A stretch of 64,000 nt of DNA from Chlorokybus atmophyticus (GCA_009103225.1 RHPI01000193.1:554650-618649), one strand, 5' to 3'; shown: positions 13,625 through 26,586, counted from the first letter of the stretch. Program-made: numbers and translations. The notes: generated by a model from the sequence alone, not told the origin.

Positions 13625-13970
13625 CTAGAAGTCCACATCTGTCGTGAACACGTGCGAATGCGACGTGTGATTGTCAAGACCGGCCATCACGGCCAGCCTT
13701 GGAAGAAGTTGGTCTTGCCCCTGGTTGAGACAAACAACAATGCTAACATGTGTGCTTGTCTCTACGTGTGCGCGCGCACACACTTGGCTGGCGTGCCTGC
13801 CTCTTTGTGCGTGCGAGTCTGCGCGTGCGTGCGCGTCTGCGTGTGTTCGTGTGCGCATATATACGTGTGTGTGCGTGAACAAGTGGACAACAACATCACA
13901 AACACGAGACAGAGATAACACTCGGTGTAGTGGATTGAGCTGCATCCAGTCAGATGGATTTTGCGCGTGA
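13625..13970 (-). pseudogene. Degenerate duplicate of the last two RNR2 exons
   Basis: QNPSDWMQLNPLH and ...[21 protein letters not shown] mirror RNR2 exons 7 and 8, with an internal deletion. The flanks 13080-13625 match 16125-16545. Confidence 0.85.
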
Positions 13971-14474
13971 CAGTTTGTGTTCTTGGTGTTGGTGTTGGTG
14001 TTGGACTGAGACTGTGCAAACCTAAGTATTGGGAACTATACACATATCATTGACACAATGTCAACCGTCTTGTTGCAACTTACAACACTGATTTGCTGTG
14101 CCACAGTTGATGTGAGAAACACAACAAGCAAGCCATTGATTGACTTACAAGTTGTAAGGCAATCAGTGGCTTGGTTATTGCTTTTGTCACATCAATTGAT
14201 GTGACAGCGTACAGTATGTAAGTGCTAGTGTCATACGCATTGAGTGACAGCTATACAGACCAAAGAAAAGGGTACCAAAGAAAGCATCCTTTCTAGGTTG
14301 CCTTTGTTATTCTTCAATGGTCATAAAAGCCTGATTCTGACTAGGCCAGTCTTACTGTGCGGTTGGAGCAGAGGGCTGCATGTGTGTATGTGTGCACGTG
14401 TGTGTTTCTGTAGGTATGTGTATCTGAATGGTAGGTTGATATGCTGTGATGGACCAACTGTGAATGCTTAGGGC

Positions 14475-15771
14475 ATGGTGTTGATGAGAAGCCTGGCCGC
14501 CCCCTTCTTCTTAGCATCGCTGGTTTTGTTGGCGATCACTGTGGCCAACTTGGCCTGTGCTAAGGTGCTGTTGATGCAAAACTTAGACACAGAGGAGACA
14601 AACATCAAGAGACATGAACAACACATACAATACACCTTGCCACCTGGCGTGCCTGAATGGGTGCCAAAGTCGGTGTATGACTTCTCGGATGTGTTTGAGA
14701 GAGTCAGGAGAGGTGAGCTGTGAGATGAGTAGCAGCGTGTTGGGATGATGAAGGTTGCAAGGTGTGTTGCACACATGCTTATGTCTGTGCACATGCACGC
14801 ATTGTGTGTGTGGGTGAGTGGGTGGGTGAGCGAGAGAGAAAAGAGGCTTGCTTCGTCGCATGCATCCACAATAGTTGCCAGTGTCATGCAAACACTGTGC
14901 ACACACAGACACACTCACACACACACACACTGCCAGGTCGCAAAGCAAGCAGCAACTCTGAACTAGATGTCGAACCCACCTTCAGCTTCCCAGAGGAGGA
15001 GTCCAATGACCACCACCCTCACCACCACCATCTCTCACCCTCCCTCCTCACCCCCCGCCTCCTCTTCCACCTCACTCTCCCCAGCGCCTCCTGTCTCCTC
15101 GGTAGCCAGGAGTGCCACGCCATGCTCCAGGACGCCATGGACCAGACGGAGGAGGAGGACGTCACACTCAGAGTGGCCCTGGCTGATAAGGCGGTGAGAC
15201 TGAGACAGGAGAACCCTGCTTTGGGAATGGGGGATGTGGTGATGCAAGTCATCATCAAGCATGACACGAAGGAGGGGGTGGGGGTCAAGGCTGTGTGCTA
15301 CGTGGAGGTGGTGGACAGCATGCGGTGGTTGTGTTGTTGGATTGTGGGAGTGAGGCTGTTAGTAGGGATCTGGTTGTGGAGGTGGGGTTGGGTAAGGCTG
15401 ATGTGGAGCTGATGGACGTACTGGCTGAGGCTCTGGACAACAAGAAGAGCAAGGACGACGACGACGATGACGAAGGCAACGGCGAGGTCGAGGATAATGA
15501 CAACGACGATGAAGAAGAAGAAGGCGACAACTACAGCAATGGCAACAGCGACAGCAACAACAACAACAACGGGGATACGCACAACAACTTCTTGAACAGG
15601 CACAACAACAAAGACAATACGCACAGCACCAAAAACAACAACAACAACAACGTGAAGGACAACGCCAGGTACATTGTGAGGGGTGGGAAGCTGCTTGTGC
15701 TGTCGCTCGGGGGTTGCGAGGGCTTGGTGCTGGTGGACAAGCGGGTGGAGGCTGTGATTATGCTGGGGTGA
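14475..15771 (+). CDS. Copy B of a two-exon secreted His/Asp/Asn-rich protein of unknown function (one 2-nt frameshift near 15294)
   Basis: Signal peptide MVLMRSLAAPFFLASLVLLAITVANLACA; donor GAG|GTGAGC at ~14712; acceptor CAG|GTCGC at ~14935. Conservative substitutions versus copy A (EEEDVTLRVALADKAVRLRQENPAL vs EEEPEVTLRVALADRAVRLIQDNPAL) indicate that the plus frame is the coding one. Confidence 0.55.
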
Positions 15772-16544
15772 GGGTGGGAGTTACCACTTAGTTATGTTTG
15801 ATGATGGAGTGTACGTGCCTGCATGCTTTTTTAGGTGTACCACCCCAAGTGTACCTACCCTGGGTAGTACAGCTGAACTATACACCACCTGATGACCAAT
15901 TGTTAAGTTCTGGTTCTTTGATGTGCTGGTGTTTCTTCACCCATGTACACGCGTTGTGCCTTGTGCACTGCAATACAGCATGTGCGTTATTGGGTGACTG
16001 GATGGTCTGATGTGGCATTGCATGTGGTTTGCATTGCATGCATGCGTGAGTGGGCCTGCGCATGCAAGGATGCTGATTGTGTTGGAATGCCTGCACGCAG
16101 TTGAGTACTGTGTTATGAGTTTGCACTGAGCACTGTGTCACACAATTCTCGCGCAGTCTGCGTGTCAAGCATGCAAGATGCATGCGCTAGCACACACGCT
16201 GTTGCTGTTGAATACACACAACAATGAGACAGCAACGACAACACATACAGAATACTTGTGTCCACACCATCTGACACAATCTCCAGTGTCTTTGTGTTAC
16301 CTTTGCGCGCGCAAGCCGCACGCCAGCACTAAGTTGGTACCTCAGATTTAATTCAAAGAAGGCCTTATTTCACTGGATCTAAACAGCACCACGCGCACAG
16401 CGTGTGCCACTAAGTAAGAATACAAAACAACTCATCCCAATTGCAACCTACCCTACACGTCATCTCTCTTTCTCACTCGCTCTCACTCTCTCTCTCTCTC
16501 ACTCTCTCGGGTGCACATGAGCACACATACACATACACACACAA

Positions 16545-19500
16545 CTAAAAGTCCACGTCTGTTGTGAACACGTGCGAGTGCGACGTGTCCTTGTCGAGAC
16601 CGGCCATCACGCCGGCCTTCTGGTACTCGCCCACGCGCTTCTCGAAGAAGTTGGTCTTGCCTCTGGTTGAGACAAACAGTAATTATCACCAACATGTGTG
16701 TTTGTGCGTGCGCACCGTCATGCGTGCATTTGTGCGCGTGCACGTAGTTGCGTGTGTATACGTGCATCCATGCGTGCTTGCATGTGTGTGCAATTAGACA
16801 ACACCAAACCAGAGATGACACTTACTGTAGTGAGATGAGCTCCATCCAGTCGAACGGATTCTGCGTGTTGTAGTGCTTTTCTTGTCCCAACGCAACCTGT
16901 TCAAGGCACAAGCAATGATTCAGTGCAGCAAGGTGTGCATGTCGGCAAATGTGAATGCGGACACAAACACAAACACGAACTCAAACACGCATATGTGGGT
17001 GCATTGCGTCTGTACTGTGAATAAGCGTGCATGCATATGCAACTGTGCGTATGCGCACACGCATCCACGTGTCAAGGCACATATGCATGCAGACACACAT
17101 AAAACAACTTACATGCACAAACCTACTCGTGTGCACACATGCATACCCTTGCGCATCCATGCACACATACACACACACGCGCGCGCACATGCGTGTGTAC
17201 ATGAGCAAGCAACGCACCAGTAGGCGATCGGCAACAAACTCGATGTAGTCGCTCATGAGTGTGGCGTTCATGCCGACGAGGTCGCACGACAGCGCGTCGC
17301 ACACAAACTCCTTCTCGATCGTCACCGCGTCCGTCACGATCGCAAGCAGCTTGTCCTGCTCCAACTTGTTCACCAGCAGCCTGTGTACACACATAAGGTT
17401 CACTGATCGGCAACACACGTGCCTGAAAGACAAGTGAACGCGTACATACATGCAAGCTAACATGCATGTTCCTATGTACATGTGTTTGTGTGTGCATGGA
17501 CATCCATGTACACTTTGGTGAGTATGTGCATAAATGAGTATGCAACAGTGCATCTCGCGTGTGCGTGCGCTGGCAAATGCATGGGCCTGCACACGTGCGT
17601 GGAGACGCGCGCACACGCAAGCGGGCACAGATTCACACAGACGCATTCCAGCACGACTGCTCATGCACACGCGTGTGCGTGCACGCTCAGTCCCATGTGT
17701 ATTTGTGCAGGTGTACACACACACACACACACGCACACACATACACACATACACACATGCAGGTGTGCCACAAGCCACACTCCCCCCCCAAACACTCACG
17801 AGTATAGCAGGCACGCGAAGTCGCAGTGCAGCCCCTCGTCCCTTGATATCAGCTCGTTGGAGAAGGTGAGTCCCGGCATGAGTCCGCGCTTCTTCAGCCA
17901 GAAGATCGCGCAGAAGGAGCCGGAGAAGAAGATGCCCTCGATGCAGGCGAAGGCGATCAGACGCTCCGCGAAAGACTGAGAACTGCAGAGGGAGAAAGAG
18001 AGTGTTGGAGTGTTGGGTTGTGTGCTCAACTGCTTGGGTGTGTGGGCAGGTGTGTTCGCGAGTGAGTGTGTGCGCACGCGCCTGTTGCATATATGTACAT
18101 GTGTTGCGTGTATCCATGGGTATGTGTGCACGCGTGCTTTGGTAAGTGCGTATGCACACATGCTGTATGAGTATGTGCTTGGGAATGAAATATAGTGGCA
18201 TGTGGTTGGAGAAGCTTGCGTAGTTGCGTAATTGTGTACTGTAGAAAACATAGCCGAGCAAGAACAAGGACACAAGCTCACGTTTCGATCCATCTGAGGG
18301 CCCAGTCTGCCTTCTTCTTGATGCATGGTATGCTCTCGATGGCGTTGAACAGGTGGTGCTTCTGCGCCGCGTTCTTGATGTACGTGTCAATCAGCAAACT
18401 GTACATCTCTGCACACAAGAACAAATCAAGCAAGTAAGCATGAAGAACACTAACTGCCAGAGTGATTCAAACAACCCATGGCATGAGGCGGAAGATGGAA
18501 CAACAAACTGTACCTGAATGTATGTTCTCGATAGCTATTTGAAAGCCGTAAAACGCGCGCGCCTGAACAGAACAAAATTGTCAACGAGTTTGCACACATA
18601 CACACAAACAGGAAGCCTTCAACACGCATGCACGCAGCTACACATCTATGCGCACACTCTGCAAATACAACAACAGAACTGCACATGCATGCATGAGCGC
18701 ATAAATAACAAAACATCGCTGACTCAATCAGGAACGCGAAAACACACTCACATGCACACACGCACACATCCCTCCCTTCTCACCTCGGGTATCTGCACCT
18801 CCTTCATGAACCGCACCCCCAGATTCTCCAGCACGATCCCGTCCGAGGCCGCGAAGAACGCCAGCACGTGCGACACAAAGTGGCGCTCGTCGTCCGAGAG
18901 GGAGTCCCAGTGCTTGCCGTCGGAGGAGAGGTCGACCTCCTCGGCTGGCATATTGAGATGGACATGTGAGCAAATACGTAAAAGTTGACATGAGCATGAA
19001 TGTGAGCATACACGTGCGCATTTGCATGAGCGTAACTGTGAGCTTGGAAATAAATGTGGAGGTAAGCATGCAAGTGACATGGATGTAACCACGAGTGTGA
19101 GCATGGATGTGAGATACTTTCAAGCATGCTTGTGTGGTATACATGTCAGCGTGATGTAGGAATGCATGTGAGTTTGGAGTACCAGTGTGCAAATGGATGT
19201 GATCATGGGCGTGAGCACACAGGTGGGCGTGGTTGCAGACGAAGTGATGGTATGGCAAACACAGAAACTGCATATGGTGCCACATTCACTTGAACAATAG
19301 AGTGCGGCACTGAAAGCCTTGCGCGCTGGGTTGACTGTGGAATGCTATCATCAAGGATGGCGTTGTTAGTACAATTTCCTTCAATCTTGGCTGCAGGGAA
19401 TAATAACTATACACTACGCATGTGTCTCGTAATTTTGCATTTGCACAACAACTTGCATTGCGAACCAACTACTGTGTAGCGAGCATTAATCTTTATGCTA

Positions 19501-19768
19501 ATGCACCGTGACAAATGCTGCGGAAGTGTATAAATGCTACACAACGAACAAGATGAACACGCATTGGGTGCAACTACAAACGTGATTCCGACTGCTAGTT
19601 GAGCACATGTGAGGTAGTTGAACATGAGTAAAATGACCAATGTGTGTTTCTCTTACCAGTCCAGAAAGACGCCTCTGCCTTTTTGTACATCTCCCACACT
19701 TTGTGGTATTTTATAGGGAACATGGTGAACCGCCCGGAGTTTTCCGCGAGGATGGGCTCCTCAATCAT
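16545..19768 (-). CDS. RNR2: Ribonucleotide reductase small subunit (R2), 8 exons
   Basis: Exons 19768-19657, 18944-18784, 18562-18514, 18408-18282, 17982-17800, 17380-17218, 16896-16826 and 16662-16545 all have GT-AG borders and consistent phases. Motifs: [92 protein letters not shown]. Confidence 0.98.
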
Positions 19769-19956
19769 CTTGCCGACCTCGAAAGACGACGACAACAAAA
19801 ACTACACCGACCACAACCTCAAGCACAAGCTCAAGCGCAGGCACAACTACACCGTCCCCGCCGCCGCCGCCGCCGCCGCTAGTTTATCCACGTGGCGCCG
19901 CCAGCATGCGCAACTAAGCAGAAACAGCCAGCGGGTAGCAAAAGAGCTTCAATAAT

Positions 19957-19999
19957 GCGGGAAATATCCGTCCGCTTTTTGCTTTCGACTTTTTGGCGG
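19957..19999. promoter_or_regulatory. Two E2F-like sites upstream of RNR2
   Basis: GCGGGAAA (reverse complement TTTCCCGC) at 19957-19964 and TTTGGCGG at 19992-19999, about 190-230 bp upstream of the ATG. RNR2 is an established E2F target in plants. Confidence 0.6.
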
Positions 20000-20859
20000 C
20001 AGGAATAACGTTCACGTTAGCGCATCAGGCTACGATAACCTTGTGGGCTCGCTTTAACGAAACATCCCGCCGCTAGCCTTTCGTTGAGACGTTTATGAAA
20101 TCCTCAATGTTTGGGATTCTCTAGGCTCCCGGGTAAAACAATGATTCAGGGGACAACATGGACACGTTTCCTGCAACTAAGCACAGCATCTCAAGTATCC
20201 GCGCAATACATCTTTCTGCGGTGTTGCGGACTTACCCTGAAAACCTCGAAAACTACGGTGGCATCTGCGACGCGGCGGTTGGGTGTTGCGCGCGCTTTCG
20301 TGCCGCGGTTTGAAAATGGAGGTGGCGATGCGTGGCTAACACGATGTCCACGTGCCTACCGGTAGGGCGCGGCTCGGGGGGCACCCACACCCACACACAC
20401 ACACACACCCACACACACACACCTTCATAATTAACTACTGATAGCCTATTTATGATTCCATTGCAATTTTTCGATTGGTGGCTCCAAAGAGCCAATGTGG
20501 CTTTCTTTTGCTTATTAATTTATAGTGACCCCCAAACACGTAACACCTACCCCCTTGAAGAGCCACACTTTGATCTCATTTGTTCAAAATTATGGTAAGA
20601 GCCACATTGTGACACAATATGCGCTTAGATTATGTTAACTATTAATGTGATGGCTTGCATATCAGAATGTGTGGCTCTTTTCCTTAAAATGAGGTAAGTA
20701 TCAGAGCCACTGCGGAGCCAATGCAAAGTCCTTAGCATATGCCTTTCACAATTATGAAATAATAATTACAAATAATATTTTTATCATTAACGGTTTTGGC
20801 GTGGAAATTAGGCAAGGTAATCCACAAGCCATTTGAGTAAGTTTGATTGCACAGACCAG

Positions 20860-23250
20860 CGCGCTTAGTATATTAAAAAATATTCAAGGATGTTTGCATA
20901 AAGCTATATTTGTCAGCGGAGACTTGGTGTGCACGCGCTTTATACATGATGCTCGTAGAGTACTCCATCAGCCTTGCAGTGTGGTATCAGCTGTGTTTTT
21001 AAACAACGTAGACCTGCCGAATGTCCAACACGTTCTGCAAACGTACGCATTAAACTTCATCTGTACAGATGTATATGTGTGGCGGACCTGACGAATGATC
21101 ATTATGATGTAAGTAAAGCTCGTTACGCGTGGCATGCCATACCACGCCATATGCGGCTCATGCATGTTGCTTAAGTCAAATAGGCTGCATATGTGTATCA
21201 GCATGTGTTTTGCACTGTTGTTTGCAAGGTCTTTAAGAGGAGCGCAACTTGCGCTCCTTTGTTCAAGCAGGTAGGATTGAAGCACAAAGACCATGGCGTA
21301 GCGCAAATTCAACGTGCAACGCAATAAGGATGCACAAAATAACTAACAGATTGCGGTGCAAGCCCAAAGGGCGGCTGTTTAAAACAAAGTCGTTGCAAGC
21401 ATGCGAGCAACTCTACAACATCATGGAGCAAATGCTGCCTGCCTATCTGCAACGTACATTGCAATCTTAAAAGTACGTGTTTCATCGTCACACTGATTGT
21501 TTCAGGCACCGACAGCATAATACCACCCTTCGATAATGAGTTGGAAACATGTGCATTTCATGCTAAATGTTGTGGTGAATGTCGGGTCAGGCATATATGC
21601 GATGTAACGCATATTAGAAACCGATGCTCAAGGAAAGGCGGCTTTTTTAGTGCTGAAGGTGAATTGGCGAAAGGCTCGTGGCTGGATCGTGTGACATGCT
21701 ATTTGCGCGTGCTCCGAAAAAGAGAAGTTAAAAAAATAAGGCAGACGGTATGCCCAACCCAATCAATATCATCATTGCACACCTTTAACTGGCTATGTCA
21801 CATCATGTGTCACATCATCATAGTAGAATGCACACTTGCACCTTGTGTTATTGTATGCATCACAATGCTGATGTGTATGCCCATGTGCAGCATTAAATGC
21901 TGCTAAGAAGCTGCAGTGTCATAGCATACGGCTTCTATCGTGCAGTACATATTTAAAAATTATCACATGCTTAAGCTTTCACCGCTTGGTGTTGTGGGTG
22001 CACCAAGCAATAAAGGATGCGCGGACGTGCACATTTATGAAACATTTACCATCCGCGTGTGCACCGTGCAACGGTGACCGCATTGCACAACTTGTGCAAC
22101 GGTCGAACATGCCTATGTATACATGTACGTATATGAAAAAGGAATTAAAGATGTTTAAATAAAATCAAATTGTCAGCGGAGCACAAGTTGGTGTGCATGC
22201 GCTTCATACATGATGTTTAGGCAGTACTCCACAAGCCTTGCAATGTGGCATCATCTGTGTTTTGAAACAACGTAAACCTGTATAACGTTTTGCACGTGCT
22301 AAAAAGGTATGCATTAAACTTGGTCTTCATAAATGTTTTCGCGTTGCTGTTTAAAACAAATAAATGCAACAAGTGTATGTGCCAACAAATTTTGCACTTA
22401 TTGTACAATGTCTTGAAGACATCTCAAAAAACTCGCACTTGATGGTTCAAGCAGCTAGAATTGATGCACAAAGACCACGGCGCAGCAGAATCGTGCAACA
22501 CTGCTGCACCAAGTAGCTTACAGCTTGCGGTGCGAGTGCAAAGGGCGGCAGCTCACTGTGGGGTCGGTGCAAGCATGTGAGCTCTACAATATTATGAAGC
22601 AGATGCTGCATGCCTATCTGCAGCGTACACTGCAATCCTGGAATTACGTCTTCCAATGTTACTTCGATTGTTTCGTGCACCCACAACATAATACCCTTTT
22701 TTAGTGATAAATTAAATAACATGTGCATTTGGTGCCAAATGCTGTTGTGAATGTTGGGCCTGGCATATGCGATGTGGCGCATGTGACGCATGTTTGAAAA
22801 TGGCGCTTGAGAATGGGCATTTTCAGGGCTGGAGGTAAATTTGCGAACGGCTTGTGGGCAGATTATGTGACGTGATATTCGCGTGTGCTTACAAAGGAGT
22901 CATAGCAGGCGGTATCATACTTATAATGCCAAACCCATGCAGTTTCACCATTGCACACTTGTAACTGGCTTTGTTCATCATCATGTTTGATTGCACACTT
23001 GCATGCTTTGTTATTTTATGCATCACGATAATGATGTGTATGCGCACGTGCAGCATTGAACGCTGTTAAAGAGCTGCAGTGCCATGGCACTCCGGCTCCA
23101 TATTGTACATTATAAACTGAAAAAATATGCCCTAGCCTTTGCTGCTTGGTGTTGTAGGTGCACCAAGCATTGAAAATTAGGGGTATGTGGACGTGCACAT
23201 TTATGAAACATTTGCCATCCGCGTTTGCACCGTGCCACGATTAAACATGC
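20860..23250. repeat. Diverged direct tandem duplication, unit about 1.2 kb
   Basis: TGTCAGCGGAG...CAACGTA at 20911 and 22171 (offset 1260); GCTTGGTGTTGT...CACCGTGC at ~21985 and ~23144. Confidence 0.85.
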
Positions 23251-23667
23251 TAATGTTTGCTTTTACGTGCATGTACGTGCAAGCAGCTGCTTGCACCGCA
23301 GTGCTGCAATACCTCGCTTGTGTGTGCCACGCACACTGGCAATGCATGTGTGCGTGCAGGGGGGGGGGGGGGGGGNTGTGCGTCATGATTTGTGCATCGA
23401 TGTGCATGCTTGTCATATACATACGCATATATGGTTTTTACTCTTGCATGAATAGGCATATATTTACACATAAAGCGTGTGCAGGCCAAAAATGCTTATG
23501 CACATGTGCAATCATTGCACCATGATGGCCGCGTACATCGCAATATGTTTTCCCTGCCGGCCGACTAAATATTGGCAACGGCCGTGCACCTGAGGACACT
23601 AATTTAGACTGTCGTGGCTCAGGCCACCTGTAATCTTGATACAGGGACACAATAGTAACTTCCGTTA

Positions 23668-24040
23668 CTGTAAGGCCCTTTTTGTTACAATTTAGTCTTT
23701 AACAGTTGACTATGCCTAACTAACAGGCGCCTGTTGGTTACCTATCAGGCCTTAACAGGTGACTTTATATAATTAACAGGCACCTGTCAGTCACACACCA
23801 GGCCTTAACAAATGACTTTGTGTAATCTACAGGCAACTGTTAGTTACACATCAGGCCTTATTAGGTGACTACAACTAACCAACGGGCACCTGTAAGTTAC
23901 ACATCAGTCTTACTTAGGTGACTCAGCCTATGTGACAGGCACCTGCAGGTTACACACCAGTCCAGCGCAGGCGACTAAGCCTAATTCACAAGCACCAACT
24001 AAGTAATTATCGACAAAATAAGGCATTCTTTAACAACTGA
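23668..24040 (+). repeat. 53-bp tandem array, about 7 degenerate copies
   Basis: Unit starts at 23721, 23774, 23827, 23880, 23933 and 23986 (exact 53-bp period), plus a decayed unit at ~23668. Consensus is roughly ACAGGCACCTGTNAGTTACACAYCAGGCCTTAACAGGTGACT plus a variable tail. Confidence 0.9.
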
Positions 24041-24355
24041 AGGTGACTAATGCCTAACTGTCGTCATATGTATTTGCATAGCTTGACTACATGCGACTGT
24101 CACTGACTTCCAGCATTGTTATGTGCCTGTGCTGTGTACATGTACCAGAAATGTGTACAGTGTCTCTCAGTCACTTGCCAAGGCTTGTAGTTCGATTATG
24201 TGACTTGCATGCAGTTCTGTTGTATATCATAGGGATGCAAGTATTGATGTGCATGAGCATAATGACGATTGACTGAGCTGGTTTAGATGCACAACACTCA
24301 GTCACAAGAGCCTTGTAGCTATGTACACTACCAGCTAAACGGACTACCAACTGCG

Positions 24356-26189
24356 CTACAGCTCCTCTCCATCATCGCTTTGCTCGTCATTACGGAACAA
24401 AGCACCACGCGCTGGGGCCTGTAGAGGAGACGCCGGAGCTTGCTCTTCCTCCTCAAACGGTTGTGCCAGCCAATTAAATGCCGCTTCTGCCTCAGCGAGC
24501 GAGTCACGAGCTGCTGTCTTTTGCGGCCGGCGCCGATTGGGATCTTTCAGGTATTCGACACAAGATGCAGTGCGGCGTTTCACAAGGGTGAATGGCTGGA
24601 GGGCTGCGTACCGTTGCCTTATCTCCCGCTTCATTGACATGATCATGGTGTTGATTTTGCTGAGGTACTCTTCATGTGTGTCTATGCTGGCAGCTAGGAG
24701 AGGGTCTCCATCCTTGCCCTTTAGGATGCGCTCCACCTGCGTAGTTTACAGGCATGTCTTAGTGGCATCGAAAGCCACTATTCACTGCAACGCGTCTGCA
24801 AGCCTGTAGTTTGGGGCTACAGCGTTCCTGAATTGCTAATGCTGGAGTTCAGAGTGCTCACCGTAAGCAACAGGTATGCGAGGTGGTTGACTGTCAGCTG
24901 CCGGCGATCAGGTGTAGTGACGGCGTAAGATCAGCATTGCACGATCATTTGCCAGATTATGGGATTGCCCCATTCATGGATGTATCTCCTCCGCTCCGGG
25001 TCTGCAGTGTCGGTCACCTCAAATCTCCGCCATGACTTGTCTGCGACAGTCATACCGACAAGGCATTAGTCACGAAATAGATAGTTCAAGTTGAGCCTGC
25101 ACCAGGCTAGAATAGTGCCTGTGACTGACTTTGGAGCGCGTTGCGCATCTGGGCTTTTTGGGTCTCGGGGTCCATTAGGGCGTCGATGTGCCTGATTGAA
25201 GCGGTTACAATAGGCGAGATGAGTACGTGTGTATGGAGGCTGAGTAAGAAGGCAGTGTTGCATAGCAGACATGGTGGTGAGGAACCCAACTCACTTGCGC
25301 TTGTTGCTGTTACACAGTGTCCACTTCAAGTTGTACTCCTTCTCAAGGACATGCTTGATCTTGGTGACGTTCTCAGACCGGACCTGCGTAGCTTTCTTCA
25401 GGGCGACACTCCAGTGGAAGGGGCACTCCTTGGGAGTCTAGTACACCTCATAGAACTTGGCCGCATCGGCCTCGTCGTCATGGTCGAAGCCAACTACCTG
25501 TCACGGGCAGGTTGGTCAGTGTCACGGTGCAGTGCGGTCATGAAGCATTCACAGCACCTGACATATGTCGTTGCGAATAGTGTCCTCCTTGGGATAAACG
25601 TGGCTCTCTACCCAGTGGCCGTTTATGATTTCAACGACGGCATCTCGCAAATGCAGTCCACAGAAGAACAATCCGTTACACACATACACACAGTGTCACA
25701 GTGTCACACAGTGCTTACCTCGTTGCCAATCTTCCACTTGCTTAGGGAAGGGTTGCTGACGGCCGAGGTTGCCACGTCATGGCCAAATGCGTTTGGGTTG
25801 GGGGTTCCAATCGCCCCTTTGCAAGCACAACCACATGACTCATGCTGCCAGCCATGAAAGATGCAACCCTCACAGTTGCAAAAGAAGAACAACGTGCACA
25901 GTGTATCCAGAACGCATGCAGTGAGTCACTGTGCTAGTCATGATAGAAGCAAGCATCCAAGTTAGAAGTTGAGCAAGAAGCAACGTGCACAGTGCATCAA
26001 AAACGCATGCAGTCTAGCTTGCCCTTGCGACTGCGGTGTCAGGTGGAGTTGTTGTGATGTGCTGGGCGTTGGCGCGGGGTCTTGCTGCAATTGGTTGGCG
26101 ACGGTTGCCTGGTTGAACACTGGGGGCAATGTGGACAACTGGCGCCGACCTCTATGACGGAGTGCACTTACGGATGGACCACGAGGCAT
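24356..26189 (-). pseudogene. Multi-exon gene of unknown function with in-frame stops (gene A of the putative element)
   Basis: Spliceable protein-like exons, e.g. VVGFDHDDEADAAKFYEVY*TPKECPFHWSVALKK, TVADKSWRRFEVTD...IVQC*SYAV and the terminal exon VERILKGKDGDP...DDGEEL*. Confidence 0.55.
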
Positions 26190-26367
26190 CTCTCCAACTG
26201 ATAGTCGGGTGCCGCCTGTTTAGCTGTAAGTGGCGCTGCCGCCTCCAACGCTGCCGCCGCCGGTTGGCCCGCCCGAATGTACGCGGCGCGAAAACGAAAA
26301 TGAGGTGGTTTTGAACGTCTAGAGTCCCGCATTAGAGTCGCACTTGTAGTGCGTCCTTGCTCCTATG

Positions 26368-26533
26368 GTTGATGGTACGACTTATGCATTCGTGCCATCC
26401 ATGCTTCGTACAACCATTGTTACCAATGGTTGTGTCGTAACATTTATGGTACGACAGAGGCATCTCTCGTCCAACCCCAGCGATTGCCGTACAATGGCTC
26501 TGTCGTACCATCCATGGTACGACAGAGGCATTG
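26368..26533. repeat. Cluster of GTACCAT/ATGGTAC palindromes (left)
   Basis: 42-bp hairpin at 26492-26533 (CAATGGCTCTGTCGTACCAT-CC-ATGGTACGACAGAGGCATTG), with smaller inverted repeats upstream. Confidence 0.85.
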
Positions 26534-26586
26534 CTCAATCAGCCGAAATGGGAGTTAGCATGCACTCACTCAAACACGCTTCATTA

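Noticed and set aside
16981-18390. 469-aa minus-strand ORF and similar long Cys/His/Val-rich ORFs (e.g. 53531-54211, 39685-40186)
   Set aside because: These are read-throughs of CA/TG- and TGCA-rich introns overlapping real exons, with low-complexity composition and no independent domain.
21350-21480. Cys-rich reading resembling a piggyBac C-terminal zinc domain
   Set aside because: Ligand spacing is incomplete, no DDD transposase core or TTAA-flanked TIRs were found, and a different frame is better conserved between the two tandem copies.
23359-23376. G17 run followed by N as a possible G-quadruplex or regulatory tract
   Set aside because: It sits at an assembly gap, so its length and reality cannot be trusted.
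23668-24040. 53-bp array as a CRISPR array
   Set aside because: The units are contiguous and degenerate along their length with no unique 25-45-nt spacers; the context is eukaryotic and there are no cas genes.
26341-26351. CACTTGTAGTG as a CACTA terminal inverted repeat
   Set aside because: It is only 11 bp, self-palindromic, and has no matching partner at the other candidate boundary.
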